Shown here: one piece after another, positions 59,548 through 64,000 of the stretch | Numbering within the stretch: position 1 is the first letter of the stretch | Layout: every line of letters begins with the position of its first letter | Origin: an uncultured Gemmatimonadaceae bacterium | GTDB lineage: Bacteria; Gemmatimonadota; Gemmatimonadetes; Gemmatimonadales; Gemmatimonadaceae | Reading direction: 5' to 3' | DNA: 64,000 nucleotides | Assembly: GCA_963761305.1 (NCBI GenBank) | Contig: CAVXGK010000002.1 | Span: 288,001-352,000 of the forward strand | The notes under the pieces: generated by a model | What the model saw: the letters and a program-made list of their open reading frames with translations, nothing else | Database searches by the model: none | Told to the model about the DNA's origin: nothing | Position numbers and translations under genes: made by a program

Positions 59548-59737
59548 GTGTAGTCCTTTGAGACGCGGTCTCGGTGTGTGGGCGAGCCGCAGGAAGGAGG
59601 GGAGTGGGCCCGGGAACGCCGATCGACTGCAACGTTACGAGCGCGTTACCCGTTGCTAGACGAAAACGTTGCAACGACATTCGCTGTCTGAACGCGCGGT
59701 CGCAATCCCCGATCGTCGTACTTTTTTGGAGGATCGA

Positions 59738-61333
59738 GTGCGCTTGACGAATGCAGCGACGTCGCGTCGCGGACGCTCTTCGATAGTTGTCGTGTGCAGC
59801 ATTTTCGCCGCGACTGCGTGCGGTGGCGCCGCTCACGTGGCGACCCGGCCGTCGCCAGGGTCCACACGCCTCGCCAGTCGGGCCGAGTTGCACTCGAGCA
59901 TCGACTCGCTGCTGTCGGACGCGATGTGGCGAAACGCGAACTGGGGAATCCTCGTCGTCGATCCCGCTGCCGGCGATACGCTCTACTCGCGAAGCGCAGG
60001 CAAACTATTTATGCCTGCATCGAACGAAAAACTGCTCACCGGTTCCGCGGCGCTCGCCCAACTCGGCGCCGACTACCGCTTCTCGACGTGGTTCGTATCG
60101 TCGGCGCCGATCGTGAATGGTGTGCTGACGGGAGATCTCGTCGTCGTCGGCCACGGTGATCCGTCGATGAGCGACGCGATGATGGGCGATGCGATGAAGC
60201 CGCTGCGTCTCGTGGCCGACTCGTTGTACGCGCTCGGGATTCGCGAGATCAAGGGCGCCCTCGTGAAAGGCGGGAATGCATTCCCCGACACGACGATCGG
60301 CGCGTGGGACTGGGAGAATCTCGAGACGACGTCGGGCGCCGCTGTCGACGAGTTGTTCTTCAATCAAGGCGTCGCCCGAGTGACGGTGTACGGCGGCGCG
60401 AGCGTCGGTGATCCCGTGCGCATCATCGTCGGACCCGCGCATACCGCACCAACCGTCGTCGCCGACTTCGTTACGGGAGGACCGCCGCCTGTTCCCGAGG
60501 GCGGACGTGGCGGCGCCGCGTTGGGCGGCGGGCGCGGAGGCGGTCGAGGCGGCGCGCGCGCCGGCGCCGTGCGCGCGACGACGGACATGCGCGGCGGGAC
60601 GCCGCTGGTGCATCTGACGGGATGGGTGATGCCGAACGACAGCGCCATCGCGCAGATCGCGATCCGCGATCCGGCGAGCGTGTGGCTCGCGGCATTCGCT
60701 GAGGCGCTGGCCGATCGTGGAATCCGCCTCGACGGCGGCGTCGTGCGCACGCCCGACGCCGTGATCACGGATCAAAAACGCCTCGTCACGCTCTCGTCCC
60801 CGACGCTCGGCGAGATCTTTCCGTATTTTTTCAAGCCGTCGCAGAACCAGATCGGTGAGCTCTTGCTCCACACGCTCGGTCTCGAGCGCGGTGGCGCGGG
60901 AACGTCGGACGCCGGGCGGCGCGTCGTCGAACAGCAACTCGTCGCGTTTGGCGCGGACACGGCGGGCTTCGTCGTGCGCGACGGTAGCGGCTTGTCGCGA
61001 CATGACTACGTTACGCCCGAGACCATCGTGAGGGTTCTCGACGCGATGCGGAAGCGCAGCGACTTCAAGATATTTTACGACGCGATGCCGATCGGCGGCG
61101 TCGACGGAACGATCGCCAATCGCATGAAGGGCACGCCGGCCCAGGGCAACGTGCACGCGAAGACGGGCACGGTGGATCGATCGCACGCGCTTTCCGGTTA
61201 CGTCACGACGGCGGATGGTCGAATGCTGCTGTTCTCCTTCCAGGCGAACAACTATACAGTACCGAACCTACAGGTGGAGCGCGTTCAGGATTGGATCGCG
61301 GCGGCGTTGGCCGGCTCGCCGTTCTTGAAGTGA
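59738..61333 (+). CDS. dacB: D-Ala-D-Ala carboxypeptidase/endopeptidase (PBP4, S13), probable lipoprotein
   Basis: PASNEK (SxxK), SQN (SxN), DGSGLSR, AKTGT (KTG); GGAGG RBS before GTG 59738. Confidence 0.9.
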   Translation: MRLTNAATSRRGRSSIVVVCSIFAATACGGAAHVATRPSPGSTRLASRAELHSSIDSLLSDAMWRNANWGILVVDPAAGDTLYSRSAGKLFMPASNEKLLTGSAALAQLGADYRFSTWFVSSAPIVNGVLTGDLVVVGHGDPSMSDAMMGDAMKPLRLVADSLYALGIREIKGALVKGGNAFPDTTIGAWDWENLETTSGAAVDELFFNQGVARVTVYGGASVGDPVRIIVGPAHTAPTVVADFVTGGPPPVPEGGRGGAALGGGRGGGRGGARAGAVRATTDMRGGTPLVHLTGWVMPNDSAIAQIAIRDPASVWLAAFAEALADRGIRLDGGVVRTPDAVITDQKRLVTLSSPTLGEIFPYFFKPSQNQIGELLLHTLGLERGGAGTSDAGRRVVEQQLVAFGADTAGFVVRDGSGLSRHDYVTPETIVRVLDAMRKRSDFKIFYDAMPIGGVDGTIANRMKGTPAQGNVHAKTGTVDRSHALSGYVTTADGRMLLFSFQANNYTVPNLQVERVQDWIAAALAGSPFLK

Positions 61334-61360
61334 TCGCCACGTGATCGAAACGCCGGCGAC

Positions 61361-62725
61361 GTGAGGCCGCGAGCCGCACCGCGAGCCGCATCGCGAGGCG
61401 CCCGCTCGGCGCTCAGCACGTTCGCCCTCGTCTTCGTGCTGTTCTTCTGCACGTCCGGCGGTCCGTACACGACCGAGACGCTGATCCACGACGTGGGGCC
61501 CGGCCTCGGGCTCCTCATTCTGCTCGTCGTGCCGATCGTGTGGTCGATTCCCGAAGTGCTGATCGTCGGCGAGCTGGCGAGCATGCTGCCCGAGGAAGGC
61601 GGCTACTATCGGTGGGTCGACCGTGCGTTCGGGCGCTTCTGGGCGTTTCAGAACGGCTGGCTGACGTGGATGTACTCGCTCGTCGACATGGCGATCTATC
61701 CCGTGTTGTTCGCTACGTACCTCAAGTATTTCGTTCCGGGACTCGACGAGCGTTGGCAGTGGGCAGTGAAGCTCGTGGTGATCTGGGGCGCGACGGCGAT
61801 CAATCTTCGCGGCGCGTTTCGCGTGGGGCGCGCGTCGGTGGTCGCCGGCGCGTTCATCGTCGTGGTGTTCGTGGCGCTGTCGATCGCCGCGCTGCCGCAC
61901 GCGACGCACCTTCCGTGGCGGCCGTTCGCGGCGCCCGACGCTGGTGGTCTGAGCGGCTTGGCCGTCGGCGTGTCGATCGCGCTCTGGAACTACATCGGCT
62001 GGGACAACGCGTCGACGGTCGGGGGCGAGATGCGCGACGCGTCGCGCGGCTATCCGCGCGCGCTCGCGTTCGCCCTTCCGCTCGTCGTGTTCATCTACTT
62101 CGTGCCGCTCATGAGCACGTTGGCCTCCAGTGACTGGACGACGTGGCAGGATGGCGGGTGGCCGGCCATCGCCGCCGCCGCCGTGCACGGACGATCCGGC
62201 GTCTTCCTGGCGGCGCTGGTCGCCGTCGGCGGAATGGTGAGCGCGCTGGCGTTGTACAACGCGCTCCTCATGTCGTACTCGCGCATTCCGTTCGTGATGG
62301 CGCGTGACGAACTGCTCCCATCGGCGCTGGCGCGCGAAGACGCGCACGGCACGCCGCGCACCGCGGTGCTCGCGTCGGCCGCGCTCTACTCGGCGTTCGT
62401 GCTGATTCCGTTCAGCGAGCTGGTGATCGCCGACGTGCTGCTCTACTCGCTGGCGCTGTTCCTCGAGTTCGGTGCGCTCGTTCGCTTGCGTCGCACGGAG
62501 CCCGACCTGCGTGGAGTGTTTCGCATTCCGCTCGGGCGTGGCGGCGTGGCGGTGCTGGCGGCGATCCCGATGGCAGTGCTCGTCGGCGTGGTCGCGATCT
62601 CCTTTCGCGACGGCGAGTACGGAGTGAAGGCGGTGCTGGGAGCAGCCGTGGCGATCGCGCTCGGGCCGTCAGTGTACGCGTTGGCCTCACGAAGCAAGCG
62701 GGCGGGCGCTCAAGGCTTCTTGTAG
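61361..62725 (+). CDS. APC-family amino acid/polyamine permease
   Basis: SGGPY..E, ELASMLPEEGGYYRWV, WNYIGWD; about 12 TM helices. Confidence 0.9.
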   Translation: MRPRAAPRAASRGARSALSTFALVFVLFFCTSGGPYTTETLIHDVGPGLGLLILLVVPIVWSIPEVLIVGELASMLPEEGGYYRWVDRAFGRFWAFQNGWLTWMYSLVDMAIYPVLFATYLKYFVPGLDERWQWAVKLVVIWGATAINLRGAFRVGRASVVAGAFIVVVFVALSIAALPHATHLPWRPFAAPDAGGLSGLAVGVSIALWNYIGWDNASTVGGEMRDASRGYPRALAFALPLVVFIYFVPLMSTLASSDWTTWQDGGWPAIAAAAVHGRSGVFLAALVAVGGMVSALALYNALLMSYSRIPFVMARDELLPSALAREDAHGTPRTAVLASAALYSAFVLIPFSELVIADVLLYSLALFLEFGALVRLRRTEPDLRGVFRIPLGRGGVAVLAAIPMAVLVGVVAISFRDGEYGVKAVLGAAVAIALGPSVYALASRSKRAGAQGFL

Positions 62726-63972
62726 ACCGTCCCTCCCTTCATCACGAAATCCACCGAGCTCAAAGCCATGATGTCTTTGGTGGGATCGCCCCTCACCGCC
62801 ACCAGATCGGCGAACAGGCCTTGCTTCACGGCGCCGATCCGATCGTCCCAGTGCAGCATCTTGGCGTCGTTCACTGTCGCCGCTCGCAGCGCCTGAAGCG
62901 GCGTCAGACCGTTGGTGACGAGTCCTTCGACTTCCTTCGCGTTGTCGCCGTGCGCGAGCGGGCCGGAGTCGGCGCCGTTGCAGATCGTCACGCCGGCGTC
63001 TAGCGCGTACTTCAACACGGTCGACTTGTTTCGGCCGCCCACGGACACGGTCGGCACGTAACACACGCCGTGTTCGGCCATGAGCTTGAACACTTCGGGT
63101 GTTCCACCGTCGCCATGTTCGACGGTCGCCACGCCGGCGAGAATCGCGCGGCGCATTCCCTCGGCCGTGGTCGCGTGCGCGGCGACTGAACGGCCGGAGC
63201 TCTTGGCGACGTTCACCGCCATGTTGAACTCTTCCTGCGTCGGACCTGGCATCGTTTCGCCGTTCGGTCCCCAGCGATAGTCCGCGTAGATCTTGATCCA
63301 GTCGGCGCCGTGCTTGATCTGGTCGCGCACGACGTGGGCGAATCCGTCGATGCCGTCCGCCTCCTGCGCGCCCTGCGGAATGTCGTCCATGTACTCGGAC
63401 GCGAAGTTCTTCGGAGCGTACTGACCCGTGACGACAATCGCACGCGTCACGACCTGCATCCGCGGACCCGGGATGATTCCTTGGTTGATTGCCTGCTTGA
63501 GCCCCACGTCCGCGTAGCCCGCGCCTTCGGTGCCGAGGTCGCGCACCGTAGTGAAACCCGCCATCAGCGTCGCCCGCGCGTGATTCACGGCGCGCGCCAC
63601 ACGCAGCGCTTCCGACTCGTGGAGGACTTGATCGTCCCACGGCGTCTCATTGTATGGATGGAGCAGCAGGTGCGAGTGCCCCTCGATCAGCCCGGGCAGG
63701 AGCGTGGTTCCCGGCAGCGCAATGGTGACGGCGTCGGCGGGTGCGGCGACCTGCGCGCGCGGCCCGACGGCGTCGATGCGATCGCCCCGGACGAGCACCA
63801 CCCATCCCTCGTGCGGCGCGTCGGCGATGCCATCCCACACACGGTCCGGCACGAGCAGCGTCGGGGGGCCGGCGGGCGGCGGCGGCGTGCCGCGCCCTCC
63901 ACCGCGTTGAGCGGAAACGAGCGCGGGAAACGCGATGACGGCGAGCGCGAGGACAGATGAGCGGCGCATCAT
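62710..63972 (-). CDS. Exported amidohydrolase (Xaa-Pro dipeptidase-like)
   Basis: Signal peptide; LPGLIEGHSH, GFTTVRDLG, GADWIK, AAHA, TVEHG, ADLVAVRGDP. Confidence 0.9.
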   Translation of the reverse strand: MMRRSSVLALAVIAFPALVSAQRGGGRGTPPPPAGPPTLLVPDRVWDGIADAPHEGWVVLVRGDRIDAVGPRAQVAAPADAVTIALPGTTLLPGLIEGHSHLLLHPYNETPWDDQVLHESEALRVARAVNHARATLMAGFTTVRDLGTEGAGYADVGLKQAINQGIIPGPRMQVVTRAIVVTGQYAPKNFASEYMDDIPQGAQEADGIDGFAHVVRDQIKHGADWIKIYADYRWGPNGETMPGPTQEEFNMAVNVAKSSGRSVAAHATTAEGMRRAILAGVATVEHGDGGTPEVFKLMAEHGVCYVPTVSVGGRNKSTVLKYALDAGVTICNGADSGPLAHGDNAKEVEGLVTNGLTPLQALRAATVNDAKMLHWDDRIGAVKQGLFADLVAVRGDPTKDIMALSSVDFVMKGGTVYKKP

Positions 63973-64000
63973 GAGTCGTGGTTGTTCGAAGTGGAAACGG

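Noticed and set aside
61368..61400. Short 12-bp tandem CGCGAGCCGCAC at the permease N-terminus
   Set aside because: Only 2-3 in-frame units; likely a trivial slippage duplication.
2586..63960. Many long antisense or alternate-frame ORFs (e.g. 2586-4541, 38258-40396, 55738-57798)
   Set aside because: Shadow ORFs expected from high-GC codon bias opposite well-supported genes.

Overview
GC-rich bacterial chromosomal segment. Gene style suggests Gemmatimonadota (SusC/SusD-like pairs, barrel-less carboxypeptidase-regulatory/plug proteins, Gly-Arg-rich exported hydrolases, Hanks kinase); this is inference. Four blocks: (1) 1-22.7 kb, exported peptidases/amidohydrolases, a two-domain blue-copper lipoprotein, a TonB receptor, two GT-C glycosyltransferases, acetoacetate-CoA ligase and a Ser/Thr kinase. 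(2) 22.8-40.9 kb, an aromatic amino acid catabolic supercluster: hppD-hmgA, paaABCD with a doubly frameshifted paaA, a fused 2-oxoacid dehydrogenase E1, paaGHIJZ and a coupled hybrid kinase; paaK, paaE and paaX are not in the window. (3) 41-46.6 kb, M20 hydrolase, an unexplained ~1 kb gap, thrBC. (4) 46.9-64 kb, two convergent SusC/SusD-like pairs enclosing two plug-only proteins, then dacB, an APC permease and an amidohydrolase. Most notable non-coding signals: an orphan ~275-nt structured RNA candidate with its own promoter and terminator inside the paa cluster (29.8-30.1 kb), and two copies of a palindromic element bracketing hmgA. No rRNA, tRNA, CRISPR array, transposase or integrase was seen.
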